Source of the DNA: Planctomycetota bacterium
GTDB lineage: Bacteria > Planctomycetota > GCA-002687715 > CAIWVZ01
DNA: 64,000 nt
Reading direction: 5' to 3'
NCBI GenBank assembly: GCA_044222185.1
Contig: JBGANV010000002.1
Coordinates: 224,001 to 288,000 of the forward strand
The notes beneath the pieces are model-generated. The model saw only the letters and a program-made list of their open reading frames with translations, had not been told where the DNA came from and searched no databases. Made by a program: the position numbers and the translations under genes. Of the stretch, positions 29,695 to 39,181 are shown one piece after another. Each line of letters begins with the position of its first letter. Positions within the stretch are counted from its first letter, which is position 1.

Positions 29695-29896
29695 GGCTGT
29701 CTCCAATCACGAGGCGCATCCCGCGCGTCTGCCAACGAGATCCCGCGGTCGATGGATTTCATACACCATCCCCAGGCTTTCGGGGGGACGCGCGGAGCGA
29801 GCCGTGACGACGCGCACGCTGCGCCCCTGGCCGTCCGCTCATTTTGTATGGACTGCGTCATCCGCGGGATCCATGATGCGAAGGCCCTCTTCGCCC

Positions 29897-32800
29897 ATGA
29901 CGTCCACGCCGCTCGACATCGAAGCGCTGATGGCGCACGCCCAGTTCGTGCGCGTGATCGCCCGATCGCTCGTGGCGGATGAACCGACGGCGGAGGACGT
30001 GGTGCAGCAGACGTGGCTTGCGGCACTGGAACACGCGCCGCGCGAGCGCCAGACGGCGGCCGGCTGGCTGCGCGCGGTGTGCCGCAACTTCGCCTTTCGG
30101 ACGCGACGGGAGTCGGCGCGACGCTCGAACCGGGAGCGAACCGTTGCGCGCCCGGAGGGGACGCCATCGACGGCCGCCATCGTCGACCGGGACCAGACGT
30201 TGCGCGCGGTGACGGCCGCCGTGGTCGGTCTGCGGGAACCATACAAGTCGGCGGTCATCCTGCGGTTCTACGAGGGCCTCCCGCCACGCGAGATCGCTCG
30301 CCGACTCGGCGTGCCGTCGACCACGGTGAGCAGCCGCCTTCAGCGCGGGATCGAGCAGATCAAGGCGTCGCTCGACGAACAGCACGGCGGCGCGCGGCGG
30401 ACGTGGTGCGAGGCCCTCGTCGTGCTCGCGGGGATCCGCCCTGGGGACATCGCGGCGCCCGCGATCGTCGCCACCGGAGGGGTTCTGCGCCTGGCCGCAC
30501 TGTTGCTCCTCGCCGGAGCCGTGACGTGGAAGTTCTGGCCCGACGACGGGTCGTCACGCTCGACGCCTACCGCCGATCCGCCGACGGCTTCGGCCCCAGT
30601 CGCGGTCGACACGACGGCGAAGCCCGCGATCACGCCGAACCCCATCCGCACCGATCCGGCGGCCGGCCCACGACAGGCGGAACACTTCGCCGTCGTCGCC
30701 ACGGGCAGGGTGGTCGGAGAGCATCGACGGCCGGCCGCGGGCGCGGTCGTCACGTCGTTCGGGTTCGACGGCGATCCCGTTCGCACCGTGACGGATGCTC
30801 GGGGTGAATTCCGCGTGGGCCTCGCGCGTCGCCCAGTCGAGAACTCGCAGGATTGCGGGATCCACGTCGAAGCGCGAGGCTTGACGGCGATCGTCGCCGT
30901 TCCCGTCGGCCCCCGATCCGGCAAGACGATCGACGTGGGCACGCTCACGCTCGTACCAGCGGCGGGAGTGCTGCAAGTCCTGGTGCGCGACGGCGGTCAC
31001 GACGCTGCGAATGCGCGCGTGCTCGTTCGTGCCGACGACTATCTCGCTCCGCGGATCGAGATCCCGTCGTCGAGCGACATCTACCTCGGGAGCCACCTCA
31101 CGAACGCAGTTGGCACGGTGGCCCTGCCGCCGCTTCCCGCCGGGAACTACGTCGTGCGTGCCGTCGCCTCCCATGGGAAGGCAGCCTCCACGATCGTCAC
31201 GCTGCCCGACGCGGCCGCCGCGCCCATCGTCCTCGCGCTCGGCGCCGTGCATGCGCTCGACGCGCAGGTCGTGGATGCGACGGACGGCAATCCGATCGCC
31301 GGCGTCGAGCTCGACGTCGTCGAGGCCTTCGCCGACGGGGCGCTTCCGCTGTGGAATCGCCTCGACGGACTGACGCCACCGAAGCCGACCGATGCCGAGG
31401 GACGCACACGCATCGAAGGGGTCCCCGATGGTTCGCCCCTCGTCCTGATGGAGCGCGCCGCGCGTCAGCTTCCGGCGACCTCCAACCGGCAGCGCTTCCC
31501 CGTCGCCGCGGGAGCCACGTGGATTCGCGTCGCGCTGCCGAACCATCGCAGCGCCGAATGGCCCATCGACACGGCGACCGGGATCGCACCTGGCGACGGA
31601 GTGCGCTGTCGACTCGAACAGGTTCTCGATGGCGCGCTCGTCGTGGGTGCCGATGCCGTCGTCGTCGGAAACGTCCTGCGGGCCGACGACGTGATGCAGA
31701 TGACCGGCTCGGCCATCGCTCGCAGCGAAGACGGGCTCGTGGCGCGGGTGAACTTCCCGCCGGCCGTCGATGACGCTCGACCGATCCGCTTCATTCGCCC
31801 GCGGACCGCCGTCATCCGCGCCCGGGATCGTGACGGCCAGCCCGTCGGGGGCGTGCCGATGGGGTTGAGCGAGGCCGACCTCGGCGGCGCCCTCGTGCAC
31901 GTCGTCGACACGAACGAGAACGGCGAAGCCCGGTTCGACGGCCTGCTCGCCGCGCGGTTCACGGTTCATCTGGCAAGCCGGTCCACGCTCGGCGACTTGT
32001 GGCGCGCCGCCGGCATCGTCGACGTCACGGAGGGCGACGCCCGCTCCGAGGTCACGCTGCCCTCGCGGGTCGACGTCACGGTACAGATCACGATCGACGG
32101 AGCGAGCCGCCTCCCCGAAGCGTTCTCGCTGATCACGCCGCGGGCGACGCACGGCCCGATCGTCGAGATCCCCGATGAAGGCGAGCTGCGTTTCTCGCTG
32201 TGGCCTCCCGACGGTGAGGCGTTCGCGGACGTCATCGTCATCGGACGGAGCGTCTGGCCGGAAGAGTCGGCGCGAGTGTTCGTGGGGAGCGGCGCCCGCG
32301 ACGCCACGTTGAGCGTCACGATGCACGCCGCGTGGCCGATCCTCGTCGAGGTCACTCCGCCCGACGACGAGTGGTTCTCGCTGGCGATCGAGCGCTTCCA
32401 GGAGCCGCTCGGCCGCTGGTTCGCAGACCTGGGCACCGTGGGCCGCAAGGTCGGCGCCAACCTGTACGCATTCGAGCTGGTGCAGGAGCGGCGGTTGCGA
32501 ATCGTCGACCGGGAGACCGGGTGGCGAAGCCCGGAGTTCGAGGTGACGAACGAGCCCGCGACGCGACGCATCCACGTCGATCTGCGCGGCGCTGGCTGGA
32601 TCCGAGGAGTCGTCGACGTTCCGCCAGGAGCGGCGCCCGGGCTCGCCGTCGTGGAAGTCGAGCGCGACGGCGAGGCCGTACCGGTGCTCACACCCGTGAG
32701 CGACGATGGGACGTTCCAGGTCCGTGCTGGCCGTGACCAGCGCGTGCGACTCACGGCGAAGCACGTCGCGCTCGCGCCCGACGGCGAACGCGCCACGGCC

Positions 32801-33376
32801 TTGGTCAGCGGCCCGGTCCAGGGCGTGCGATTGCGTCTCGTTCGAGGCGTGACGGTGCTGGGACGATTCGCCACGCGGCCTGGCTTCGCCGGCGAGGGAA
32901 TCACGGTCCTGGCATTTCGGGACGAAAGCCAGGAGGCGACGGTCGCGCTCACCGTCCGGCCCGACGTCGATGGCGCGTTCCGTTTCGGGGGCCTCGCGCC
33001 GGGGCGGTGGCGGTTGTGGTTCGACGCGCCGTTCGCCGCGCCCGTGAGCGTGGGCCCGCTCGACGTGTCGGAGCCTGTGCTCGACCTGGGCGAGCTTTCG
33101 CCCCCGGCAGGCGCCACGTTGACCGTGACGCCCGACCGGCCCGGCGATCAGCCCATCCCCGCGTTCGACGTCGTCGCACGATCGAAGTCCGTTCCCGTCT
33201 ACGAACGGAGGGCCACTTCGGTGGCTGGATCACCAGTCACCGTGCAGGGGCTGGGGCCAGGCACCTTCGAGATCACCCTTCGAACGGCTCGGAACACACT
33301 CATCCCCAAGTCCCAGCGAGCCGTCCTCGAGTGCGACGGGAGAGCCCCCCTTCGAATCGTGTTCGAAATGCGCTGA
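29897..33376 (+). CDS. ECF sigma-70 factor fused through a TM helix to carboxypeptidase-regulatory-like repeats
   Basis: Region 2 AEDVVQQTWLAAL...GWLRAVCRN and region 4 LREPYKSAVILRFYEGLPPREIARRLGVPSTTVSSRLQRG. TM LRLAALLLLAGAVTWKFW is followed by about 900 aa of beta-sandwich repeats. Start set at ATG 29897. Confidence 0.9.
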   Translation: MTSTPLDIEALMAHAQFVRVIARSLVADEPTAEDVVQQTWLAALEHAPRERQTAAGWLRAVCRNFAFRTRRESARRSNRERTVARPEGTPSTAAIVDRDQTLRAVTAAVVGLREPYKSAVILRFYEGLPPREIARRLGVPSTTVSSRLQRGIEQIKASLDEQHGGARRTWCEALVVLAGIRPGDIAAPAIVATGGVLRLAALLLLAGAVTWKFWPDDGSSRSTPTADPPTASAPVAVDTTAKPAITPNPIRTDPAAGPRQAEHFAVVATGRVVGEHRRPAAGAVVTSFGFDGDPVRTVTDARGEFRVGLARRPVENSQDCGIHVEARGLTAIVAVPVGPRSGKTIDVGTLTLVPAAGVLQVLVRDGGHDAANARVLVRADDYLAPRIEIPSSSDIYLGSHLTNAVGTVALPPLPAGNYVVRAVASHGKAASTIVTLPDAAAAPIVLALGAVHALDAQVVDATDGNPIAGVELDVVEAFADGALPLWNRLDGLTPPKPTDAEGRTRIEGVPDGSPLVLMERAARQLPATSNRQRFPVAAGATWIRVALPNHRSAEWPIDTATGIAPGDGVRCRLEQVLDGALVVGADAVVVGNVLRADDVMQMTGSAIARSEDGLVARVNFPPAVDDARPIRFIRPRTAVIRARDRDGQPVGGVPMGLSEADLGGALVHVVDTNENGEARFDGLLAARFTVHLASRSTLGDLWRAAGIVDVTEGDARSEVTLPSRVDVTVQITIDGASRLPEAFSLITPRATHGPIVEIPDEGELRFSLWPPDGEAFADVIVIGRSVWPEESARVFVGSGARDATLSVTMHAAWPILVEVTPPDDEWFSLAIERFQEPLGRWFADLGTVGRKVGANLYAFELVQERRLRIVDRETGWRSPEFEVTNEPATRRIHVDLRGAGWIRGVVDVPPGAAPGLAVVEVERDGEAVPVLTPVSDDGTFQVRAGRDQRVRLTAKHVALAPDGERATALVSGPVQGVRLRLVRGVTVLGRFATRPGFAGEGITVLAFRDESQEATVALTVRPDVDGAFRFGGLAPGRWRLWFDAPFAAPVSVGPLDVSEPVLDLGELSPPAGATLTVTPDRPGDQPIPAFDVVARSKSVPVYERRATSVAGSPVTVQGLGPGTFEITLRTARNTLIPKSQRAVLECDGRAPLRIVFEMR

Positions 33377-33452
33377 CTCCACCGCGCGCCCGGATCCGGC
33401 ATATGATCCACCGCGGCCGAATCCCGGCTTCGGCACGCAATCAGGGAGGCGA

Positions 33453-33943
33453 GTGAGAGCTCTCGAAGGGCGGTTGATCCTGTTGATCGCAGCGGCGCTC
33501 GCAGCGGGGACGTCCGCCGTCCGACTCGCGACACGCTGGGATTCACGAGACGTGAGCGCGATCCAGGCGAGTCTCCTCCGGACGGATGAGGAGCGCACGA
33601 ACAGCACCCTGCCCGCGTACGCCGTGCTGAGACGCGCCGTGCCAGACCACGGAACCGTGGTCGTCGTGATGGACCTCGATCCGGTGCAGATCAGGGACGG
33701 CGCCATGCTGCGGAGCGCGTCGTTCCCGCGGCGGTTCATCCCGTTCGTTCCCGGCGTCGTCAACTCGCCCCTGGGCATCCTCGGCAGCGAGGCGCAGCTC
33801 GAGCCGTTCCTCTCCCGAGCCTCTCCCGAGCCTTCTATGCGTTCGTCCTCGCCACGACCCCGCCGGCGTGGGTGAAGGCGGGGACGCCCGTCGCGACCGG
33901 TGACGGGTTCACGCTCTGGCGGATCGAGAGGCCCGGACGATGA
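33453..33943 (+). pseudogene. Small membrane-anchored hypothetical protein frameshifted by an 11-bp tandem duplication
   Basis: CCTCTCCCGAG is duplicated at 33809-33830. Removing one copy restores ...EPFLSRAFYAFVLATTPPAWVKAGTPVATGDGFTLWRIERPGR*, ending at TGA 33941-33943 in an ATGA overlap with the next gene. Confidence 0.7.
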
Positions 33944-35373
33944 TCGGCGAAGGTCTCTCGCTCGTCGTCGCCCTCGTCCTGCCGTGGGTGCTCGGAATCG
34001 CATCCGTCACCACGCTCGGCTTCCACATCAGAAGAGACGGGCCAACCGTCCTGGCCTGGGGATGGCTCGGCGGGATGTTCCTCGTGGCCGTCCTCACGTT
34101 TCTCGCGCTGGTGCTCAGGGTCCCGCTCGCGGTTCTGCCGTGGAGTGTCGCCGCCGTCTCCGCCGGACTGGCGGCGCCGCAGGTCATCGCAGCGATGCGC
34201 CGACGACGCGATGGACCGCAGCCGTGGACCGCGCCGCGAGCAGGCCTCGCCTATCTCGCGGGGATCGCCGTGGCGCTCATCCCCCTTCTCCACGGGATTC
34301 TCGTCACGAACGCCATCCCTGCAGTCGACGGGGATGCGGCCTTCATCTGGGCGGCGAAAGCCAAGCTCCTCTACCTCGAAGGTGGATTCACGGATCGTGT
34401 CGGCGAGCGCCTGGCATTCGCATCACGAATGATGCTGGACGTCGAGCATGCCGACTACCCCATGCTCCATCCGCTGAACCAGGTCTGGTTCTTCGCGTCA
34501 TGTGGAGACATCCGACTCTGTGACGCACGACTGCCGTCGCAGCTCGCCGGACTCGCGGCGGTCCTCGCCACGATCGGTGCCGTTCGCCGCGTCGCCGGGC
34601 GACTGCTTGCCGTGTTGATCGGGCTCGTGGTAGCCGCCGGTCTCACGAGGGCAACGGCGGCCGCCGACGGGATGGCGGACGGAATCGTGGGGTTCTGCTT
34701 CCTCGTCGCCGTTGACTGCGCGTGCCGCCACGTGGAATCTGGCGAAGTGCGCTGGTGGCGTCTGATGAACGTGGCGCTCGCATCATTGCTGTGGACGAAG
34801 AACGAGGGGGTGCTCCTCTCCGTGGCGCTGGTTAGCGGACTCGTGCTCGCCGCCGCACTGCGGAGGGTCCCATGGCGCGCACTCCGGCCTGCCCGGCGGA
34901 CTGAACTTCTTTGGGGCTCGCTCCTGGTGGTGGGACCGACCATCACCCTGTGGTTCACGACGCGCTACGGACTCGCCAACGACATGTTGCACGCGCCGTC
35001 GACGGGGAAGTCCTTCGTCGCGGCAGTGCCGGAGCACCTCGCAGACCGTGGCCCGGCCGTCCTGTCCTGGTTCGTTCGAAACGTGGTGCTCGACGTCGAG
35101 AACGTCTCCGGGATCTTCGCCGTGTGGCTGATCGGCACCGCCGTCTTCGCGCGTCGGGCCTGGACTGGCACGAGCTTCGTCGTGACGACGACCGCGCTCG
35201 CCGCGGCCGCGGGCATCGCGCTGGTGTTCATCGGAACTCCGCACTCCCTCACCTGGCACCTCGAGACTGCTGGCCTCCGGGTATGGAGCCAATCCCTCGG
35301 TGTCGTCGGCCTGGCCTTGGGTCTGCTGGCCGGCCCACCGCCATCGGCCAGCCGCCCCAACGCCCGCCCGTGA
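33940..35373 (+). CDS. Polytopic membrane protein, GT-C-like glycosyltransferase candidate
   Basis: About 12 TM helices with motifs DAAFIWAAKAK, HADYPMLHP, MAD and WTKNEG, a pattern recalled from GT-C/PMT-like membrane proteins. Confidence 0.7.
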   Translation: MIGEGLSLVVALVLPWVLGIASVTTLGFHIRRDGPTVLAWGWLGGMFLVAVLTFLALVLRVPLAVLPWSVAAVSAGLAAPQVIAAMRRRRDGPQPWTAPRAGLAYLAGIAVALIPLLHGILVTNAIPAVDGDAAFIWAAKAKLLYLEGGFTDRVGERLAFASRMMLDVEHADYPMLHPLNQVWFFASCGDIRLCDARLPSQLAGLAAVLATIGAVRRVAGRLLAVLIGLVVAAGLTRATAAADGMADGIVGFCFLVAVDCACRHVESGEVRWWRLMNVALASLLWTKNEGVLLSVALVSGLVLAAALRRVPWRALRPARRTELLWGSLLVVGPTITLWFTTRYGLANDMLHAPSTGKSFVAAVPEHLADRGPAVLSWFVRNVVLDVENVSGIFAVWLIGTAVFARRAWTGTSFVVTTTALAAAAGIALVFIGTPHSLTWHLETAGLRVWSQSLGVVGLALGLLAGPPPSASRPNARP

Positions 35374-35777
35374 CAGCCCCGGTGCCGAACGCCGATCGCC
35401 CTGCCGAACGGGCGAGAGAAAGAAACGGAGAGAGCGTGCGCACGAAGGGGTGAAGAAGCCCCACGTCCTCCGCCGTCCCCGGCGCGGACTGGCCGGACCG
35501 CCGCGCGCCTCGCGCGGTCCAACCGGCATGGGTTGCCGGCGCGTTCGAGATCACTGACCCTCGTTTGATCCTCGAAGCTCTGACCCCCGTGGACATCCCC
35601 CGCCGCGCTCGGTCCTCTCCCCCGCCTTGCGCGCGCTGCGGTGGAGCCGCGGTCCGGCGGTCGCGGCCCGCCCGCCGCCGGCGCCGAGCGGGTGGACGGG
35701 CGCTCCGTCCGCTCCGGACCCGCTGATTTCGCGTCGACCACTCGGACGGCGGCCAACGCCGCGTACCCTGCTCGGTC

Positions 35778-37187
35778 GTGAACGAGCGCCAGAGCGAGAT
35801 CATCGTCGTGGGAGCAGGGGCCGCAGGCCTCATGGCCGCCCTGGCCGCGCGCGGGGCCGTGGACGATCACGGCCGCTCCCAAACGCCGGCGGCCGATGGG
35901 CCGTCCGTCATCGCACTGGACGCGTCGTCGAAACTCGGGTTGAAGATCCTCGTCTCGGGCGGGGGTCGATGCAACGTTGCCAATGAGCGCGCGGACGAGC
36001 GCGACTTCGAGACCGACACTCCGCATCTTCTGCGCGGCTACCTCGCCGGCTTCGACGTCCAGGCCGTCCAGACGTACTTCGAGTCGCGCGGCTGCCCCCT
36101 CTACGCCGAACCTCTCGGGAAGCTCTTTCCACGCAGCGACGACGCGGCCGACGTGCTGGGCACCCTCTTGAACGCCTGCCGCGACGCCGGTGTCGACATC
36201 CGCACGGGCGCCGACGTCACGGAGATCACCGCCCACGATGCCGGCTGGCGCGTCGCGACGGCCGAAGGTCCGACGTTCCAAACCAGTCGTGTGATCGTGG
36301 CCACGGGCGGCAAGAGTCTGCCGAAAACGGGCTCACGCGGATTCGGATTCGAACTCGCGCGCCGCGTGGGTCACAAGATCGTGCCGCCGCTGCCTGCACT
36401 CACACCGCTCCTGTTCGACGAGGAGTCGCCGTTCTCGGATCTCGCGGGTGTGACGCACCCCGTGATCCTCACGCTGGTGCCTCGCACGATCACCATCGAA
36501 CAGGCCGCCGGCAAGAAGTTCAGACCGATGGCGCGCGCGGCAGGCAGTTGCCTCTTCACGCACCAGGGCGCAAGCGGGCCTGCGGCGCTCGACGTCAGCG
36601 GCGTCGCCGGAAGAGCGCTCCACGAGAAGCAGGACGTCGTCCTCCGCGCCGATGTCTGGTCGCTCACGCACCCGTCGGGAGCCTTCGCTCCGTTCCTCGA
36701 ACTCCCCAAACCGCCCGGAGCATCGCTGGCTGCCGCCGACGTTCCTCGCACGCCCACATTCGAGGAGTTCATCGCCGACGCGCGCAAGGAGGCCTTCGCC
36801 GGGTACCGCCAGCTCGGCAACGTGATCGCCCAGCGCGCCCCGAAGTCCCTCGTGGATGCGCTGCTCACGGAGGCCGGGGTGGATCCTGAACGTCCCGCGA
36901 AGTCGGCCACGCTCCACGATTGGCGCCGCACGCACGCGGCGCTCACGTTCTGCGACGTGCGCTTCGTGGGAACCGACGGCTACGAGAAGGCCGAGGTCAC
37001 GAGCGGCGGTGTTCCCCTGTCCGAACTGCGCCGCGGGACCCTCGAGAGCCGCCATGCACGGGGCCTCTTCTTCTGCGGTGAAGTCGTCAACGTCACGGGC
37101 CGGCTCGGCGGGTTCAACTTCCAGTGGGCGTGGTCGAGCGGGTTTGCCGCGGGCCGCGGTGCCGCGCAGCCGTCGCCGCCAGTGTGA
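35778..37187 (+). CDS. HI0933/YhiN (BaiN-like) NAD(P)/FAD-dependent oxidoreductase
   Basis: VVGAGAAGLMAA, KILVSGGGRCNVAN, ATGGKSLPKTGSRGFG, LFTHQGASGPA, AEVTSGGV and GRLGGFNFQWAWSSG. Confidence 0.95.
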   Translation: MNERQSEIIVVGAGAAGLMAALAARGAVDDHGRSQTPAADGPSVIALDASSKLGLKILVSGGGRCNVANERADERDFETDTPHLLRGYLAGFDVQAVQTYFESRGCPLYAEPLGKLFPRSDDAADVLGTLLNACRDAGVDIRTGADVTEITAHDAGWRVATAEGPTFQTSRVIVATGGKSLPKTGSRGFGFELARRVGHKIVPPLPALTPLLFDEESPFSDLAGVTHPVILTLVPRTITIEQAAGKKFRPMARAAGSCLFTHQGASGPAALDVSGVAGRALHEKQDVVLRADVWSLTHPSGAFAPFLELPKPPGASLAAADVPRTPTFEEFIADARKEAFAGYRQLGNVIAQRAPKSLVDALLTEAGVDPERPAKSATLHDWRRTHAALTFCDVRFVGTDGYEKAEVTSGGVPLSELRRGTLESRHARGLFFCGEVVNVTGRLGGFNFQWAWSSGFAAGRGAAQPSPPV

Positions 37188-37206
37188 CTCGGCGGACGAC
37201 CGCCGC

Positions 37207-39000
37207 CTAACGCAACGCCTTCCTCACCGCCTCGAGGAGCGTCGCCCGTTCGCGCAGCGGCGCCGAACACGCGTCCATCGTGCAGACGTAGGCCGCCGCG
37301 TCAGTCGCATCGCCACCCTCGGGCGGCCGGCGATCGATGAGAACGCGGGGATCACCGAGGCCGCGCAGGGCGGCGACGAGCCCGTCCGCCGCTGCATCGC
37401 CGGACGGGCCGGCGATCGCCACGTGCACCCACGGATCGAGAAGCTCGTCCAGCCCCAAGAGGTATTCGCCCACGAAACGCCCTTCCTCCTGCCAGATCCT
37501 GTCGGCTGCGAACGCCCGCAGGCAGCGCTCGCCTGCTGCCTGGAGCTGCTCGTCGTTCGTCATGCGACCGAGCCTGACGAGAAACCGGGCAGCCACTGCG
37601 TTCGGAATCAACGGGCGGCGCCGCAGCGCCAGGGATCCGACGGCGGCGGGATCGACCGTGCTCGCGAAGAACGCGCCGGTCTGCAGATCGAGGAAGCTCG
37701 TGACGAGGACGGCGGCGAGGCGTTGCGAACGCGCAAGCCATACCGAGTCGCCCGTGCTTTCGTACAGGCGCAGAAGCGCACGGCCCATCCACGCCTGGTC
37801 GGCGAGGTGCAGGACGCCAGAGCTTCGGTCCGATCCGTGATTGAATCCCCCGCCGACGGCAGCGTGCGAAACGATCACCCGTTCGGCCGCCCGGAGCGCG
37901 ATCGCCCGATACGCAGCGTCGGCCGTGGCGTCGAAGAGCCGCGCATACGCGTGGATCAGCTGCCCGTTGGCGTCCGCGTAGACGTGCTCGTCGACGCGCG
38001 GGATCCCGCGCCGCCGCCGCTCCTCCGCGTTCAACGCGTAGTACGTGTGGCCATCGACGAACGGACGCGTATCGCCGGGATGTGCGCCCACATCCGCGTC
38101 CTGGGTGACGTAGAAAGTCCCATCCGGCGCCGTGAGGAACGCCGCGACGTAACGGTGGATGTCTCGCGCCCGCGCGAGCCACACGGGGGTCCTCGTCGCC
38201 TGGAAGGCGTCGGCGAGGTTCTGGAGAGCTCCCGCCTGGATGCTCGCGAGCTTCTCGAAGTGCGGGTGGTCCCAGTCATCGGGAACCGAGTATTGATACA
38301 TGCCCCCAAAGACCGGGTCGATGAGCTTCGTCTCGGCGGTGAGCGTATCCAGCGCACGCCGGCGATCTGATTTCGACGAGGTCACGGCCCGCCAGAACAC
38401 CTCCTCGATCGGCGCAGGGAGCGGGTACTTCTGAGTCCGACCCCAACCGGCAAGGCGATCGTCGAAGAGCGAGTCCAATCTCGCGGCGACGCGGTCGCGC
38501 ACGGCGGCAAGATCCGCCTTGGGATCGACGGCGGGGCGGAGCGGATCCTGACGTCCACTCAGCTTCCCCTGATCGAGGTCGCGCACGACGCCTTGCAGGA
38601 GCTTCAGGAACACGTCCGGCTCCTGGAACCCGCGCCGCTCCGTCACCGGCTTCGCATCCGGCGTGAGGATCGCGTCCGCCGGCCACCCCCAATCGGCATA
38701 GCGCTCGGCGACGTCGGGGCGCGCGTCCGCGTCCACGCGGACGGCCATGAACCGCTCGTTCAGAAGTCGCGCCACGTCTGCCTGGGCGAAGGTGCGCTCA
38801 TCCATGACGTGGCACCAGTGACACCAGGCCGCCGCCACGTTCACGAGGATGGGACGGTTCTCCGCCTTGGCGCGGGCGAAGGTTTCGGCGCTCCATTCAT
38901 GCCACGAAACGACCGGGCTCACGGTCGGAGCCTGGGCCGTCCCCGGCACCAGTGCCGCACCGAGACAAACGACGAATCGCAAGAGCTGAGTCGGCTTCAT
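37207..39000 (-). CDS. DUF255 thioredoxin-domain (YyaL/SPATA20-like) protein with signal peptide
   Basis: WHEWSAETFARAKAENRPI, WCHWCHVM, GWP, GGMYQYSVPDDWDHPHFEK, and C-terminal AYVCTMDACSAP. Confidence 0.9.
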   Translation of the reverse strand: MKPTQLLRFVVCLGAALVPGTAQAPTVSPVVSWHEWSAETFARAKAENRPILVNVAAAWCHWCHVMDERTFAQADVARLLNERFMAVRVDADARPDVAERYADWGWPADAILTPDAKPVTERRGFQEPDVFLKLLQGVVRDLDQGKLSGRQDPLRPAVDPKADLAAVRDRVAARLDSLFDDRLAGWGRTQKYPLPAPIEEVFWRAVTSSKSDRRRALDTLTAETKLIDPVFGGMYQYSVPDDWDHPHFEKLASIQAGALQNLADAFQATRTPVWLARARDIHRYVAAFLTAPDGTFYVTQDADVGAHPGDTRPFVDGHTYYALNAEERRRRGIPRVDEHVYADANGQLIHAYARLFDATADAAYRAIALRAAERVIVSHAAVGGGFNHGSDRSSGVLHLADQAWMGRALLRLYESTGDSVWLARSQRLAAVLVTSFLDLQTGAFFASTVDPAAVGSLALRRRPLIPNAVAARFLVRLGRMTNDEQLQAAGERCLRAFAADRIWQEEGRFVGEYLLGLDELLDPWVHVAIAGPSGDAAADGLVAALRGLGDPRVLIDRRPPEGGDATDAAAYVCTMDACSAPLRERATLLEAVRKALR

Positions 39001-39181
39001 TGGACGTGAATCCCAACGAAAACACTACGCCTCCGTCGGCTGATTGGATTCTTCGCACTCCGACTACCGAAGCCCTACTGCTGCAACGCAGGGCGTCCGG
39101 TTAGATAATGAGCCCGCATGGAGGATCCCGCCCCCCGGACTACCGGCTGGCGGATTCGCCGCGCGGGAACGAGAATCAGCC

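Noticed and set aside
29465-29896. Extended N-terminus of the ECF fusion
   Set aside because: It overlaps the divergent 28150-29694 gene, and sigma homology starts near 29897.
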